Notes: generated by a model from the letters alone, not told the origin. DNA of 64,000 nt from an uncultured Bacteroidaceae bacterium (GCA_964538375.1 CAZIFQ010000010.1:12738-76737); one strand, 5' to 3'. Counted from the stretch's first letter, positions 10,156 through 21,392 are shown. A program made the numbers and translations.

Positions 10156-11676
10156 ATGAAGAGAAAAACATTGTTAATGATACTCGATGGTTGGGGATTA
10201 GGTGATGGATCCGCTGCCGATGTAATTAGCCGGGTAGCTACACCTAATATGGATAGATTATCAAAGGAATATCCTTATTCGCACCTCCTTGCGTCGGGAG
10301 AGAATGTTGGTTTACCTGATGGTCAAATGGGAAATTCAGAAGTTGGACATCTCAATATTGGTGCCGGGAGAGTAGTGTACCAGGATCTTGTAAAGATTAA
10401 TAAGGCGGTTGAAGACGATTCTATCAAGGAGAATCCGGTTTTGGTTGAGGCATTCTCTTATGCAAGAGACAATAACAAGCAGGTTCATTTTTTGGGTTTG
10501 TTGTCTGACGGTGGAGTTCATTCGCTGAATAAGCATCTATACAAATTATGTGATATGACCGGGAAATATGGTATTGAAAATACCTTTGTTCATGGTTTTG
10601 GCGACGGAAGAGATACTGATCCGAAAAGCGGAAAAGGATATATGGAAGAGCTAAACGCTCACCTGGAAAATTCAAAGGTAAAGATTGGCTCATTTATTGG
10701 CAGGTATTATGCTATGGACCGCGATAAAAGATGGGAAAGAGTGAGTGAAGCTTACCAGCTCCTGGTAAATGGAGTTGGAACAGAATCAAGGGATATTATC
10801 GGGTCAATCCAGGCGTCATATGACAAGGAGGTGACGGATGAATTTATGAAGCCCATTGTAATGGTTGATGAAAACAGTAATCCGGTAGGGAAGATACAGG
10901 AAGGTGATGTAGTTGTATTCTTTAATTTTCGAAACGACAGGGCAAAGGAGTTAACTATTGCTCTTACCCAGGAGGATATGCCAGAACATGGTATGCATAC
11001 CATTCCGCTGCATTATTGTACAATGACTCCTTATGATGCTACATTTAAGGGCTTACACATAATTTATGGTAAGGATAACGTAAGAAATACCATGGGCGAG
11101 GTACTGGAAAATGCCGGATTAAGTCAATTGCGCATTGCAGAGACAGAGAAGTATGCCCACGTAACATTCTTTTTCTCAGGAGGCCGGGAAGCTGTTTATA
11201 AAAATGAAGACAGGATTCTTGTTCAATCACCCAAAGTGCCAACATATGACGATCAACCGGAGATGAGTGCCTACGAATTGAAGGATAAGATCGTTGCGGA
11301 CCTGAATACCAGGAAACACGATTTTATCTGTTTAAATTTTGCAAATGGAGATATGGTAGGTCATACAGGCGTTATAGCAGCTATTGAGAAAGCCATTGCC
11401 ACTGTTGATGAGTGTGTTGGAGAGGTTGTTGCCGCGGCAAAGTCCAATGAATATGATGTAATGATCATTGCCGATCACGGAAATGCTGACTATGCAATAA
11501 ATCCTGATGGTTCACCGAATACTGCTCATTCACTGAACCCCGTTCCATGTATCATGGTAACAGATGATTTTAAATCAATTGACAATGGTATCCTGGCTGA
11601 TGTAGTACCAACACTGTTGCATGTAATGGGTGTGGATATCCCTGAAGAGATGACCGGAAAGGTGTTGGTGAAGTAA
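10156..11676 (+). CDS. gpmI: 2,3-bisphosphoglycerate-independent phosphoglycerate mutase
   Basis: [42 protein letters not shown]; ATG at 10156 preferred over upstream TTG. Confidence 0.97.
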   Translation: MKRKTLLMILDGWGLGDGSAADVISRVATPNMDRLSKEYPYSHLLASGENVGLPDGQMGNSEVGHLNIGAGRVVYQDLVKINKAVEDDSIKENPVLVEAFSYARDNNKQVHFLGLLSDGGVHSLNKHLYKLCDMTGKYGIENTFVHGFGDGRDTDPKSGKGYMEELNAHLENSKVKIGSFIGRYYAMDRDKRWERVSEAYQLLVNGVGTESRDIIGSIQASYDKEVTDEFMKPIVMVDENSNPVGKIQEGDVVVFFNFRNDRAKELTIALTQEDMPEHGMHTIPLHYCTMTPYDATFKGLHIIYGKDNVRNTMGEVLENAGLSQLRIAETEKYAHVTFFFSGGREAVYKNEDRILVQSPKVPTYDDQPEMSAYELKDKIVADLNTRKHDFICLNFANGDMVGHTGVIAAIEKAIATVDECVGEVVAAAKSNEYDVMIIADHGNADYAINPDGSPNTAHSLNPVPCIMVTDDFKSIDNGILADVVPTLLHVMGVDIPEEMTGKVLVK

Positions 11677-11751
11677 TAAAGGGGAAGAATGGGAGATAGG
11701 ATTGATTGTTCAGGAAGCAGTAAACCATTTTTTCAAACCCTATAGTTTTTT

Positions 11752-11854
11752 ATATCCCCTCCTTAAGAAAGGAGGGGATATTTATTTTAAATAGAGAGCT
11801 TTACTTCCCCTCCTTCTCAAGGAGGGGTGCCCGTCGCAGACGGGTGGGGTGGTT
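11752..11854. repeat. two related GC-rich REP-like hairpins, also the likely terminator between convergent genes
   Basis: ATATCCCCTCCTT-AAGA-AAGGAGGGGATAT (11752-11781) and CCCCTCCTT-CTC-AAGGAGGGG-TG-CCCGTC-GCA-GACGGG-TGGGGTGGTT (11807-11854). Confidence 0.7.
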
Positions 11855-14701
11855 TTACATACTCAACACATAATATTCAATCACATAATATCCTTCTTCT
11901 TTTACGCCAGGCTTGAAGGGAGGTAATTCATTGACCGTGCGTCCTTCTTTCAGGATCACGCTTTTATATTCTTTCGTATGTAGGATTGTGCCATTTGTGT
12001 TTTTTATAATCACTTTTAATTTTACTTCCCTTTGATCTCCAATATTCAAAATGACAGGTGTAATAACATCCTTCTTTCCATAAACAACATCAGGGTTATT
12101 GCTGCCGGGCATTACATCCTGCAACACCATTTTATTGGCATAAAAACCAAGTTTTGCATTGCCAAAGGCATCAAGAATTGGTTTTCTATAGGTTCCACTG
12201 TTGGGACCTCCATGCAAGCAATACCAGCTGAAACCATCGATGTCGTGGATGCGTTGCCATTTTGTGGATTCGTAAGCACTGAAGGCCTGCCATGCCTGGC
12301 TGGCTTTCCATTCATCGTACTCAAAGCGCCGACCAATGCTTCCCTCATCATATATGTTTTCGTAGGAAGGCATATTGTACCAGGGTTGCCCTTTTGCCAG
12401 GGAAAAGTTCTGCATTCCGATGGATTCCTCATGCTCAAAGTTTATATATGCCCTGACAATCAGCGGAGCTGTCCACTCTTTAACAGGCACCAACGCATTA
12501 CCATTTTCATCAATAGTTTCTTCATCGTTTCGGTAAACATAATGGCGGTTATATGAACTCGGAGCGATTAACCTGCTTGAATCATTTGAAGCAACGGTAT
12601 TATACATTTTTGTGATGAATCTGTTGGAATATTCCTGTGGTTTTCCCGTGAATTTGTTGGGATGATTTGAACCTTCCCAGATCACGATACTCGGACTGTT
12701 AAATACCTGGTTCATATATATGGGATATCCTTCAAAATTTATTCCTCCCCATTCTCCTTCACGAATCCATGATCCGGTGGGCCATATTAGCATGAGCCCC
12801 AGTTGATCCGCCATTTCAGCTACGCGGGGGTCATTTACGCTGTAAGCGTATGTCCCGCCGGCATGGACATGAATACGCAGGGAATTCCCCATTTTCTTAC
12901 TCACAAGCAGCTCCTCAGCCACTACCGTTGAAGGTGGACAACGGTTCCATTTTGCAATATTTTCAATGGGCATTCTGAACCCCATGGTTTGAGCACCACC
13001 CAGTAATTCCGGTAAGCCATTGATGCGAAAGATTCCACCTTCCTGGGACACTGTGCGGATACCGGTAGTAAAAACTTCATCATCAAAAATTTTTCCTTTG
13101 AGGAGCAGCTTGACTGATACTTTGTAAAGGTTTGGCTGATCATGACTCCAAAGTGCGGGATGGTCAACTATAACCGGGATTCGGATATGAACGGAATCCC
13201 TGGCAAAAATCATGACTTTCTGTTTCACGCTTGCTGCTTTTGCAAAAAGTTCGTTTGGGTGCCAGAGGTAGTAATCAATTTCCAGCTCACCTGAAAAAGT
13301 TGTGTCCGAGTCGTTTACCAGCTCTACCAGGTGTTCCTGTGTGGCTTTATCGCCGATGTTGGATGTATATGCTTTAACATTTTCAATATATGTACTCTCC
13401 GTCAGGTCAAGCCAGGCACGACCGCAGAACCAGCCAATATTTCTGTCATTGGGTGAGTGGTATAGCGCTCCTTTATTGAAGAAGGAAAAAATACGGATGG
13501 CAATGAGATTTTCCTTATATGGATGGAGAAATTCTGTAATATCTATTTTAACAGGATGTTTTTCCCGGGTTACGAATACCACTTCTCCATTGATCCATAC
13601 TTCTCCTCCCGGATCCAGGGATTCAATGTTTAAAAATGCCTTATCAATGGCTCCCAATTTGATCTTTTTCCTAAGATAGAGGTCTTCACCAGATTCAAGC
13701 GCACCACCGTGCACAATGGGAAGAACATCATTTTGCCAATTCGAATCATCATAGCTGCTTTGTGTCCAGTTGGTCAAATCGGGTTTTATGTCAAAACGCT
13801 CTTGAATAAATGGTTCAATGAGATAGGGATGATTTACAAAACAAGCTGTGGTATCAAAGCCCAGTCCAATAATATCATCCAGGGAAACCCCTTCTCCACT
13901 AAGAATTTCAAGTTTATTTACGGAAGCGATATTTTTAAAAGCTACCCAATTACCAGTTTTTTTATCATTGATAATCAGGTTATACCGACCATTTTCCAGG
14001 TCTGCTTCGATTTTGAAGTTATACCATTCTCCCGGGCGATATGCTTCTCCCATCCTGTCATACCCGTTTTCTGTAAAGAAGATGTTACCATTGGAATGAA
14101 ATCCCACTTCCGCAACCACAGTATTGTTATGTTTCAATGCAATACTAAAAGGGACATTCCCATACTTGCTCTTTGCTTTCCATGCGAGGTGAAAACGCCA
14201 ATTTTGATCATCGATGTCCCTGGTTATTTTTGAATTCATTTCCTTGAAGACGAGTGCCCCATTTTCTATGGCAGCATTTTCTCCCAGGGGCCAGGTTTTT
14301 ATATCTTCTACAGATGCTTCATGTCCTTGTTTCCCGTAACCCAGCTTTGACCACTCATCGAGAATAATTCTCTTCCTTTCTGCAGGCAGGGGTTTAGATT
14401 TCAATCCATCCAGAAACCTGTTCCTCTCTGCATCATCAACAACGCGTTTATCTAATGTTGTATCCATGAACCATCTTCCCGCAACAGCTGCATAAACTTC
14501 CAAAAATTCGACTCGTTGCTCTGTGGTAAAAAGCTCATTCTCCCCCTTAAAATCAGTAATTCCATTGGCCTCCTTTTCCTTTGAAAAATAACGCAATTCA
14601 AATGAAGAAGCGATTTGAGCATTTAGTTGTGTGGAAAAAACAAAAAGCGATATCAAGGCGACACCTGTAAACCTACATGGTTTAGTATTATTAAAATTCA
14701 T
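11855..14701 (-). CDS. glycoside hydrolase family 2-like secreted protein (atypical)
   Basis: Signal peptide; sugar-binding domain (VWING), Ig domain (LWSHDQPNLY..TTGIRTV), TIM barrel (ADQLGLMLIW, NSPSIVIWEGSNH). Confidence 0.75.
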   Translation of the reverse strand: MNFNNTKPCRFTGVALISLFVFSTQLNAQIASSFELRYFSKEKEANGITDFKGENELFTTEQRVEFLEVYAAVAGRWFMDTTLDKRVVDDAERNRFLDGLKSKPLPAERKRIILDEWSKLGYGKQGHEASVEDIKTWPLGENAAIENGALVFKEMNSKITRDIDDQNWRFHLAWKAKSKYGNVPFSIALKHNNTVVAEVGFHSNGNIFFTENGYDRMGEAYRPGEWYNFKIEADLENGRYNLIINDKKTGNWVAFKNIASVNKLEILSGEGVSLDDIIGLGFDTTACFVNHPYLIEPFIQERFDIKPDLTNWTQSSYDDSNWQNDVLPIVHGGALESGEDLYLRKKIKLGAIDKAFLNIESLDPGGEVWINGEVVFVTREKHPVKIDITEFLHPYKENLIAIRIFSFFNKGALYHSPNDRNIGWFCGRAWLDLTESTYIENVKAYTSNIGDKATQEHLVELVNDSDTTFSGELEIDYYLWHPNELFAKAASVKQKVMIFARDSVHIRIPVIVDHPALWSHDQPNLYKVSVKLLLKGKIFDDEVFTTGIRTVSQEGGIFRINGLPELLGGAQTMGFRMPIENIAKWNRCPPSTVVAEELLVSKKMGNSLRIHVHAGGTYAYSVNDPRVAEMADQLGLMLIWPTGSWIREGEWGGINFEGYPIYMNQVFNSPSIVIWEGSNHPNKFTGKPQEYSNRFITKMYNTVASNDSSRLIAPSSYNRHYVYRNDEETIDENGNALVPVKEWTAPLIVRAYINFEHEESIGMQNFSLAKGQPWYNMPSYENIYDEGSIGRRFEYDEWKASQAWQAFSAYESTKWQRIHDIDGFSWYCLHGGPNSGTYRKPILDAFGNAKLGFYANKMVLQDVMPGSNNPDVVYGKKDVITPVILNIGDQREVKLKVIIKNTNGTILHTKEYKSVILKEGRTVNELPPFKPGVKEEGYYVIEYYVLSM

Positions 14702-14784
14702 AGAAAAATGGATTTATAAAGCCCAAAGATAATCCGGGATTTTCGAAATTGGCATATTCAACAAAAAAAAAGGATCAACAGCCC

Positions 14785-14826
14785 ACTGCGTAAGCCATAG
14801 CTTTAGCGAAGGATTACTGCCTACTG
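14785..14826. repeat. REP-like element with ACTGCCT heptamer, copy 1
   Basis: ACTGCGTAAGCCATAGCTTTAGCGAAGG matches 25313-25340 at 25 of 28 nt. Confidence 0.7.
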
Positions 14827-15747
14827 TCAATCGTCTATTGAAATCAACTGTTCCCTCATCCGGGTAATGATCTTATTGATATCGGCTAATGTCTCCGGCT
14901 CATATTGGATCTGAACATTTGAAGTTTGAATACGTTTTTGAGTAGTGTCTACACTAAAACCTTCGATGGGGTATCTTATTTCTACCTTATCAAATTCTTT
15001 GCGTAAGCGTTTTACCATCAGCAAATAACGGGTAACGCGCAATGATTCCTGGTGACTACCGAGAATAGAGTATATACTGTTGAGTGTGAATTTTTGTTGT
15101 AAAATTTTATTGGCCATGTCTCGGTTTCCTTCTTCTTCCTCGTAAATGCTTACGCCAATATACATGGCTTCAATCCATCCGCCCAGAAGCGATAAAGAAG
15201 CAAGATTTTCATTTCCATTTTCATTAAAAAATGCATCAGTTTCTGCATAAACACTTTCAATTACAGCAGCGAGAGAATCCTGGTTTCCAATATTATGTTC
15301 CAATTTCCGGGTTGCTTTTTCGAATATTTTATGAGGAATTTGAAGATTTCCGGAAAGCACTTTAATAGATGTATAATATTCAGCAGCAAGTGATGTTTGC
15401 TGCATAATCTTCATATAACTCAGGTCCACACCCAGCACACCAAGCATCACTGCCATTTGCTCCGGATCGGAGTAGAGAGGTAATACGTTTACGGGGGCGG
15501 TTAATTGTGGATTGAAGTTCGTTCCAGGCCGATTAAATAGTTCTGCCATGTCTGTTGGCAGATACATCGAGTAAATGATTTCTTTTACCTCTGAACTCTC
15601 ATTTACACCGGGGTCTTCTGATACAAACTCTTTTGCTTGTTGTTCTGTTGAAGGTTCTGCCTCTGGTTCATATTGTTGAACCGGCTGATTTTTACAGGAT
15701 ATGAGCAATAAAGTGAGAATTAAACCCAGGAATACAACTCTATTCAT
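14827..15747 (-). CDS. hypothetical alpha-helical lipoprotein
   Basis: Lipobox LISC; conserved-looking LGVDLSY and GGWIEAMY motifs. Confidence 0.75.
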   Translation of the reverse strand: MNRVVFLGLILTLLLISCKNQPVQQYEPEAEPSTEQQAKEFVSEDPGVNESSEVKEIIYSMYLPTDMAELFNRPGTNFNPQLTAPVNVLPLYSDPEQMAVMLGVLGVDLSYMKIMQQTSLAAEYYTSIKVLSGNLQIPHKIFEKATRKLEHNIGNQDSLAAVIESVYAETDAFFNENGNENLASLSLLGGWIEAMYIGVSIYEEEEGNRDMANKILQQKFTLNSIYSILGSHQESLRVTRYLLMVKRLRKEFDKVEIRYPIEGFSVDTTQKRIQTSNVQIQYEPETLADINKIITRMREQLISIDD

Positions 15748-15806
15748 GGTTAAATTTTTATTTAAAGGTATAAAAAATGGAGCAAGAGAGAAAGCATGCT
15801 TGTAAA

Positions 15807-16499
15807 CTATAGCATTTTCCTGGTTTTAATGGCCCCTATAATGATGTCAACCATTTCATCAATAGACAGGGTCATACAATTAATTTTCAAATCGAAACGT
15901 GTATAATCATTCCCTTTACCCTGGAAATAGTCACGGAAATGAGCTCTTTTTTTATCAATCGATTGTGCATAATTGCGTGCCTGGTCGATAGTCATTTCAT
16001 ATTTCGAAGCCACACGGACAGCCCTCCACTCAAGTGGCGCTTCCAGCAGAATGTGTAATGAAAGCGGTATGTCTCTTGCAATGGCAACTCCGCCACGACC
16101 AACAATTATCGCATTTCCCTGGTTGGCAAACCTTCTTATCACCTTGGCAATGGTAGTACGAATCTTCAAATCCGACTTATAATAGTCTTTCGATTGTGCT
16201 AAGAGAATATCCTCGAAAACACCACGTGATTTATAGTCGAAAACGTGTTCTATCTGGTCGTAGTCAACATTTAATTGCTTGGCAGATTCGTCGAGAATTT
16301 CTTTGCTGATCCAGTGCCATGGCAGGTCCTTTATTTTTTTTGATTTACGCTGATTAAGCGTATCGGAAAGCGTGTTGGCCAGTAACTTTGCCGGGCAACC
16401 CAACTCCCTGGAGATAGTAATTACCGGTCCGGGAAAGATATTTTTTGCGGGATCATCTTTGTACCAGTCTACCAGATATTTTGAAAGGTCAACTTTCAT
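15807..16499 (-). CDS. cytidylate kinase-like family protein
   Basis: VITISRELGC, IIVGRGG, DKKRAHF..YDL-like C-terminus. Confidence 0.85.
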   Translation of the reverse strand: MKVDLSKYLVDWYKDDPAKNIFPGPVITISRELGCPAKLLANTLSDTLNQRKSKKIKDLPWHWISKEILDESAKQLNVDYDQIEHVFDYKSRGVFEDILLAQSKDYYKSDLKIRTTIAKVIRRFANQGNAIIVGRGGVAIARDIPLSLHILLEAPLEWRAVRVASKYEMTIDQARNYAQSIDKKRAHFRDYFQGKGNDYTRFDLKINCMTLSIDEMVDIIIGAIKTRKML

Positions 16500-16550
16500 T
16501 TGGGCTCTTTTTTTTTGTTTTCCACAATTTAAGATATTTAGACGGCAAAA

Positions 16551-16625
16551 TCAAGTTGAATTGAACTAGAGTCAAGCTGAAGTGAACTAAAGTGAACTAA
16601 AGTTGGAAGTTGGGAGGTCAGGATG
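16551..16625. repeat. degenerate short tandem repeats (AGTGAACTAA-type decamers)
   Basis: ttgaactaga gtcaagctga agtgaactaa agtgaactaa agttggaagt tgggag in a divergent intergenic region. Confidence 0.55.
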
Positions 16626-16775
16626 AGGGTAATTAGCATGAATGATGACGCCAGCGCAAAGTTTGGAAAACATATGAAAAAAGTTAGATAATTGAATTTA
16701 TTATGTTTTCTTTATATTTTTACTCATAGTATCAGTTAATTAGACATTATAATTGTTTACCTAAAACTATAAGAA

Positions 16776-17711
16776 ATGAAGAAAATCACGGTTGTTGGGG
16801 CAGGAAATGTAGGGGCTACCTGTGCCAATGTTATTGCGGCAAAAGATCTTGCCCGGGAAGTTGTTTTACTTGACGTAAAAGATGGTTTAGCTGAAGGAAA
16901 AGCCCTTGATATATGGCAAACATCCCCAATACTTCACTTTAATACCAGGGTAACCGGTTCAACAAATGATTATTTAAAAACGAAAGGGTCAAGTGTTGTT
17001 GTGATTACTTCCGGACTTCCCCGCAAACCAGGTATGTCGAGAGATGATCTGATCAAAACAAATGCCCTTATTGTTAAAGAGGTTACGGAGAAAATTGTAA
17101 AGTACTCCCCGGATGCAATTATAATCGTTGTATCTAATCCCCTGGACGTGATGACTTATGCGGCATATAAAGCAGCAAATAAATCTTCAAATAAGGTATT
17201 TGGAATGGCTGGAATTCTTGACACGGGAAGATATAAAGCATTTATAGCAGATGCGCTAAGTGTTTCCCCGGAAGATATTCATGCTATGCTACTGGGTGGA
17301 CATGGAGATACCATGGTTCCTCTGCCACGCTATACCTCCATAAATGGTATACCGATAACTGAGCTTCTTGGCCCCGATGTTATTGAGAGAATTGTCGAAA
17401 GAACAAGGAAAGGCGGAGGAGAACTTGTTAACCTGATAGGAACATCTGCATGGTATGCTCCTGGTGCTGCTGCTGCCCAGATGGTAGAAGCGATTGTGGA
17501 CGACCAAAAAAGGATTTTTCCTGTTTGCGCCATGCTTAATGGAGAATATGGTTTAAAAGATATTTACCTGGGTGTTCCTGTGAAACTTGGGAAAGAAGGA
17601 ATTGAAGAGGTAATTGAAATTAGCCTGGATGCTTCAGAGAAGAAAATGTTGAAAGCATCTTCAGATTCAGTTAGGGCAGTTATGAAAGTCTTTGATGATC
17701 TGAAAATTTAA
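16776..17711 (+). CDS. mdh: malate dehydrogenase (LDH-like)
   Basis: GAGNVG, PRKPGMSRDDL, SNPLD, GGHGD. Confidence 0.96.
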   Translation: MKKITVVGAGNVGATCANVIAAKDLAREVVLLDVKDGLAEGKALDIWQTSPILHFNTRVTGSTNDYLKTKGSSVVVITSGLPRKPGMSRDDLIKTNALIVKEVTEKIVKYSPDAIIIVVSNPLDVMTYAAYKAANKSSNKVFGMAGILDTGRYKAFIADALSVSPEDIHAMLLGGHGDTMVPLPRYTSINGIPITELLGPDVIERIVERTRKGGGELVNLIGTSAWYAPGAAAAQMVEAIVDDQKRIFPVCAMLNGEYGLKDIYLGVPVKLGKEGIEEVIEISLDASEKKMLKASSDSVRAVMKVFDDLKI

Positions 17712-17869
17712 TGAGCACATTTTTTTAAAATTTAGCGTCTCTTCTTTGACAGGTATTTATACCATTTTATAAGAAAGAGACGTTTTTTCTTTTTTATATT
17801 TCCAGGCCAAGCTTTCCCACCGGCCTTGAACATCCTTACACTATGCTCCGTTTTTCAAAAAAATAGTAT

Positions 17870-17877
17870 TATATTTG
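17870..17877 (+). promoter_or_regulatory. Bacteroidota primary-sigma -7 box for secDF
   Basis: TATATTTG (TAnnTTTG) about 50 nt upstream of the ATG. Confidence 0.65.
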
Positions 17878-17928
17878 CGGTTCGAAAATTCAATGTAAAA
17901 TAACTCACTATTAATAAATTAGTTAAAA

Positions 17929-20900
17929 ATGCAAAATAAAAGTGCTATCAAGTTATTAGCAATTATGTTTGCTGCGATTTGTGTCTACCAGCTGATGTTT
18001 ACGTTTCACTCCTTGAGAGTTGAGCGTAACGCAAAGAAGTATGCTCAAGGAGAAGTTACAGATGAGAAATCATATCTTGATTCAATGAAGAACGAGGAAA
18101 TATATAATTTCTTGTGGATCAAGAAGTATACTTTCCAGGATTGTAAAGAACGCGAGATAAATCTCGGTCTTGACCTTAAAGGCGGGATGAACGTGGTGTT
18201 AGAAATTGCTGTAGAAGACATTATAAGGTCAATGGCAGCTCCACAATACCTGACGGATCCTGTGTTTTTGGAGACCATGTCTCTTGCTAAAGAGAAAAAT
18301 GTCCATTCATCAACAGATCTTATTGACTTGTTCGCAGAGTCTTTTGAAGAGCTGAACCCCGGGGCACAGTTGGCGCAATTTTTTATGACGCCTGACTCCA
18401 GGGGAGAAATTGATTTTAGTACCACAAACCAGGATGTAGTTGCACACCTGAAGCAGGAAGCTGAAGATGCTATTGATAATTCCTATAATGTATTGCGTAA
18501 CAGGATCGACCGTTTTGGTGTTGCGCAGATGAATATTCAACGACTGGAGAGGCAAGGAAGAATTCTTGTTGAACTTCCAGGTGTGAAAGAGCCGGAAAGG
18601 GTAACAAAACTTCTTACCGGAACAGCAAACCTTGAGTTTTGGACTACCTATCAAAACACAGACATTTGGAGCACTCTTGAAGAGGCCAACAGAACAATTG
18701 CGAATATTCAAAAAGCATCAGATGCACTGGAAGGAGATATTTTTACTTCAGAAGAGAAAGCAGCCCCTGAGGAGACAGTTGTAGAAGATGCCAGTGCTGA
18801 TGAACTTCTGACGCTGGATGACGAGCTTGGACTATTGTCTGACACAAGTGATCTAAGCATCCTTGGAAGTTCAGATTCTACAGATCTTTATAGCGATCAG
18901 GAAGCTCAATTCTTAAAGGAGAATCCACTTTTTGCAGTAATGAGTCCTTATGTGGATAATTCAGGACAGTTGATTCCAACAGCCATTGCTGGCGTTGTTG
19001 AGGTGAAAGATACTGGCATAGTAAATACATATTTATCCCTTCCACAGGTGAAACAGCTGTTTCCATCAGACTTAGTGTTTGCATGGCACTTTCAAAACAT
19101 TGGAGACGAGAAACCCTATATTTACTTGTATGCGCTTAAAGCGACAAGGAATGGTCAGCCAGCTATGGATGGAAAATATATCACTGATGCAAGGCCGGAT
19201 AATGACCAATATACAGGTGAGTTTGAGGTTAGCATGAGTATGAATGCTGAAGGTGCTAAAAAATGGGCTAACCTAACAAGGGAAAATGTTCAGAAATCAA
19301 TCGCTATTGTTCTTGACGAAGTGGTGTATTCAGCGCCAAATGTAAATGAAGAAATTAAAGGAGGCAGCTCATCTATATCGGGAAACTTTGCACAAAATGA
19401 TGCTACCGACCTTGCAAATATTCTGAAATCAGGGAAAATGCCAGCCAGGGCTCATGTTGAGTCCAGCGAGGTAATTGGACCATCATTGGGAGCAAAATCT
19501 GTTAAGGATGGTATGAACTCATTCATTATTGCCTTCCTGGTAGTGCTTCTTTATATGGTATTCTACTATAGTCGCCGTGCAGGTCTTGTTGCGGATATTG
19601 CCCTGATTGCAAACATGTTCTTCCTGATTGGTGTTTTGGCATCACTCCAGGCGGCGCTGACCTTGCCAGGTATAGCCGGTATTGTGCTTACTATTGGTAT
19701 ATCGGTGGATGCGAACGTGCTGATTTATGAACGTATACGAGAAGAACTGGCAGCCGGAAAAGGAATGAAAGCAGCAATTAAAGATGGTTATCGGAATGCC
19801 TATTCAGCGATTATTGATGCAAACGTTACTACTTTCTTAACCGCCTTGATACTTTATTTTGTTGGAACGGGACCGATTAAAGGTTTTGCAACAACATTGG
19901 TTATTGGTATTATCACGTCACTATTTTCAGCTGTAATTTTAACCAGGCTTATTTATGAGCGCATGCTGCGTAAAAATAGCAAGCTTACATTCTCTACCAA
20001 GTATACTGAAAATGCATTCAAGAATACAAAAATTGATTTCATTGGAAAACGTAAATTGTTCTATGCCATATCAGGGCTTATGATTGCTCTTAGTATTGGG
20101 TCCCTGGCAGTAAGGGGGTTGAATGGTGGTGTTGACTTCACAGGAGGTAGAAACTATGTCATTAGCTTTAAGCAGGATGTTGAAACAGAAAATATTCGTG
20201 AATATCTAGCTGAAGAATTTGGGGAGTCTCCAACCGTTATCACATTTGGTCAGAAGAATACTGTAAGGATTACTACGAAATATTTGATTAATGACGATCG
20301 TGCAGAGGTGGATTCCTTATTAAAAGCTAAGATGTTTACTGCACTTCAACCGATATTGGATGATGATGTGGTATTGGATGATTTTCTTAACGGGCAAGAT
20401 TATATTATCAGTGCACAGAAAGTTGGGCCAACCATTGCAGGCGATATCAAGAGAAGCTCTGTTTGGGTGATTTTCTTGTCACTGTTCATTATCTTCTTTT
20501 ATATTCTTTTGCGATTCCGAAACTGGCAGTTTGGACTTGGCGCTCTTGCTGCATTGATGCACGACGTGTTCATTGTGCTTGGATTGTTCTCGTTCTTGTC
20601 GGGAATAATGCCATTCTCCTTAGAGATTGACCAGGCATTTATTGCTGCCATACTTACTGTGGTTGGTTACTCCATTAACGATACGGTGGTAGTATTCGAC
20701 CGTATCAGGGAATATGTTGGATTGCACAGGAAGCGTGAAAGGAAAGATATTTTCAACTCTGCCTTGAACAGTACACTGAGCCGTACATTTAGTACATCCT
20801 TGAGTACATTTGTAGTATTGCTTACCATCTTTATTTTTGGTGGAGATACAATACGCGGATTTACATTTGCATTGATGATTGGTGTTGTTGTAGGTACCTA

Positions 20901-20991
20901 CTCTTCACTGTTCATTGCTACACCTGTAGTATATGATACCATCAAGAAAGAGGGAACTATCCGCGTTGTAAAAGGAATACGTAAATCATAA
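17929..20991 (+). CDS. secDF: protein translocase subunit SecDF (fused)
   Basis: LGLDLKGG, RIDRFGV, VDANVLIYERIREE, GVDFTGG, GYSINDTVVVFDRIRE. Confidence 0.97.
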   Translation: MQNKSAIKLLAIMFAAICVYQLMFTFHSLRVERNAKKYAQGEVTDEKSYLDSMKNEEIYNFLWIKKYTFQDCKEREINLGLDLKGGMNVVLEIAVEDIIRSMAAPQYLTDPVFLETMSLAKEKNVHSSTDLIDLFAESFEELNPGAQLAQFFMTPDSRGEIDFSTTNQDVVAHLKQEAEDAIDNSYNVLRNRIDRFGVAQMNIQRLERQGRILVELPGVKEPERVTKLLTGTANLEFWTTYQNTDIWSTLEEANRTIANIQKASDALEGDIFTSEEKAAPEETVVEDASADELLTLDDELGLLSDTSDLSILGSSDSTDLYSDQEAQFLKENPLFAVMSPYVDNSGQLIPTAIAGVVEVKDTGIVNTYLSLPQVKQLFPSDLVFAWHFQNIGDEKPYIYLYALKATRNGQPAMDGKYITDARPDNDQYTGEFEVSMSMNAEGAKKWANLTRENVQKSIAIVLDEVVYSAPNVNEEIKGGSSSISGNFAQNDATDLANILKSGKMPARAHVESSEVIGPSLGAKSVKDGMNSFIIAFLVVLLYMVFYYSRRAGLVADIALIANMFFLIGVLASLQAALTLPGIAGIVLTIGISVDANVLIYERIREELAAGKGMKAAIKDGYRNAYSAIIDANVTTFLTALILYFVGTGPIKGFATTLVIGIITSLFSAVILTRLIYERMLRKNSKLTFSTKYTENAFKNTKIDFIGKRKLFYAISGLMIALSIGSLAVRGLNGGVDFTGGRNYVISFKQDVETENIREYLAEEFGESPTVITFGQKNTVRITTKYLINDDRAEVDSLLKAKMFTALQPILDDDVVLDDFLNGQDYIISAQKVGPTIAGDIKRSSVWVIFLSLFIIFFYILLRFRNWQFGLGALAALMHDVFIVLGLFSFLSGIMPFSLEIDQAFIAAILTVVGYSINDTVVVFDRIREYVGLHRKRERKDIFNSALNSTLSRTFSTSLSTFVVLLTIFIFGGDTIRGFTFALMIGVVVGTYSSLFIATPVVYDTIKKEGTIRVVKGIRKS

Positions 20992-21005
20992 AATAATTTT
21001 AGCCG

Positions 21006-21036
21006 AAAAAAAGCCCGGAATTTTCCGGGCTTTTTT
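21006..21036 (+). terminator. intrinsic terminator after secDF
   Basis: AAAAAAAGCCCGGAA-TT-TTCCGGGCTTTTTT. Confidence 0.85.
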
Positions 21037-21081
21037 GGCTTTATGAAATTTTATTGATGTCAATTTAGTACAGTTATTTTA

Positions 21082-21089
21082 TATCTTTG
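21082..21089 (+). promoter_or_regulatory. -7 box for tatA operon
   Basis: TATCTTTG, separated from the ATG by only 4 nt. Confidence 0.6.
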
Positions 21090-21093
21090 TCAG

Positions 21094-21378
21094 ATGCAGT
21101 TTTCATTTAGTGCCATATTGCTTTTTATTAGCGGACAGGAAGTCATAATTCTCCTTTTATTTATTCTTTTGCTGTTTGGTGCGAAGGAAATACCCCGAAT
21201 GGCAAAAATGTTTGGACAGGGGATGAAAGAATTTCGTCGGGCAACGGATGATATTAAGCGTGAAATTCAAGATAGCTCCGGGGATGTTGTTAAAGACTTC
21301 AAGGAGATAAAAGATGACCTTTCCAAGGATGCCAACGAAGTAATTAAGGGTGTGAAAAAGAACATGGATATCGATTAA
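21094..21378 (+). CDS. tatA: twin-arginine translocase TatA/TatE subunit
   Basis: TM helix followed by LLFGAKEIP..GQGMKEFRRA. Confidence 0.9.
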   Translation: MQFSFSAILLFISGQEVIILLLFILLLFGAKEIPRMAKMFGQGMKEFRRATDDIKREIQDSSGDVVKDFKEIKDDLSKDANEVIKGVKKNMDID

Positions 21379-21392
21379 TCCAAGGGATCCCA

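Noticed and set aside
16682-16710. dif-like string AGTTAGATAATTGAATTTATTATGTTTTC
   Set aside because: Spacing and XerD arm (TTATGTTAAAT) do not match; expected by chance in AT-rich DNA
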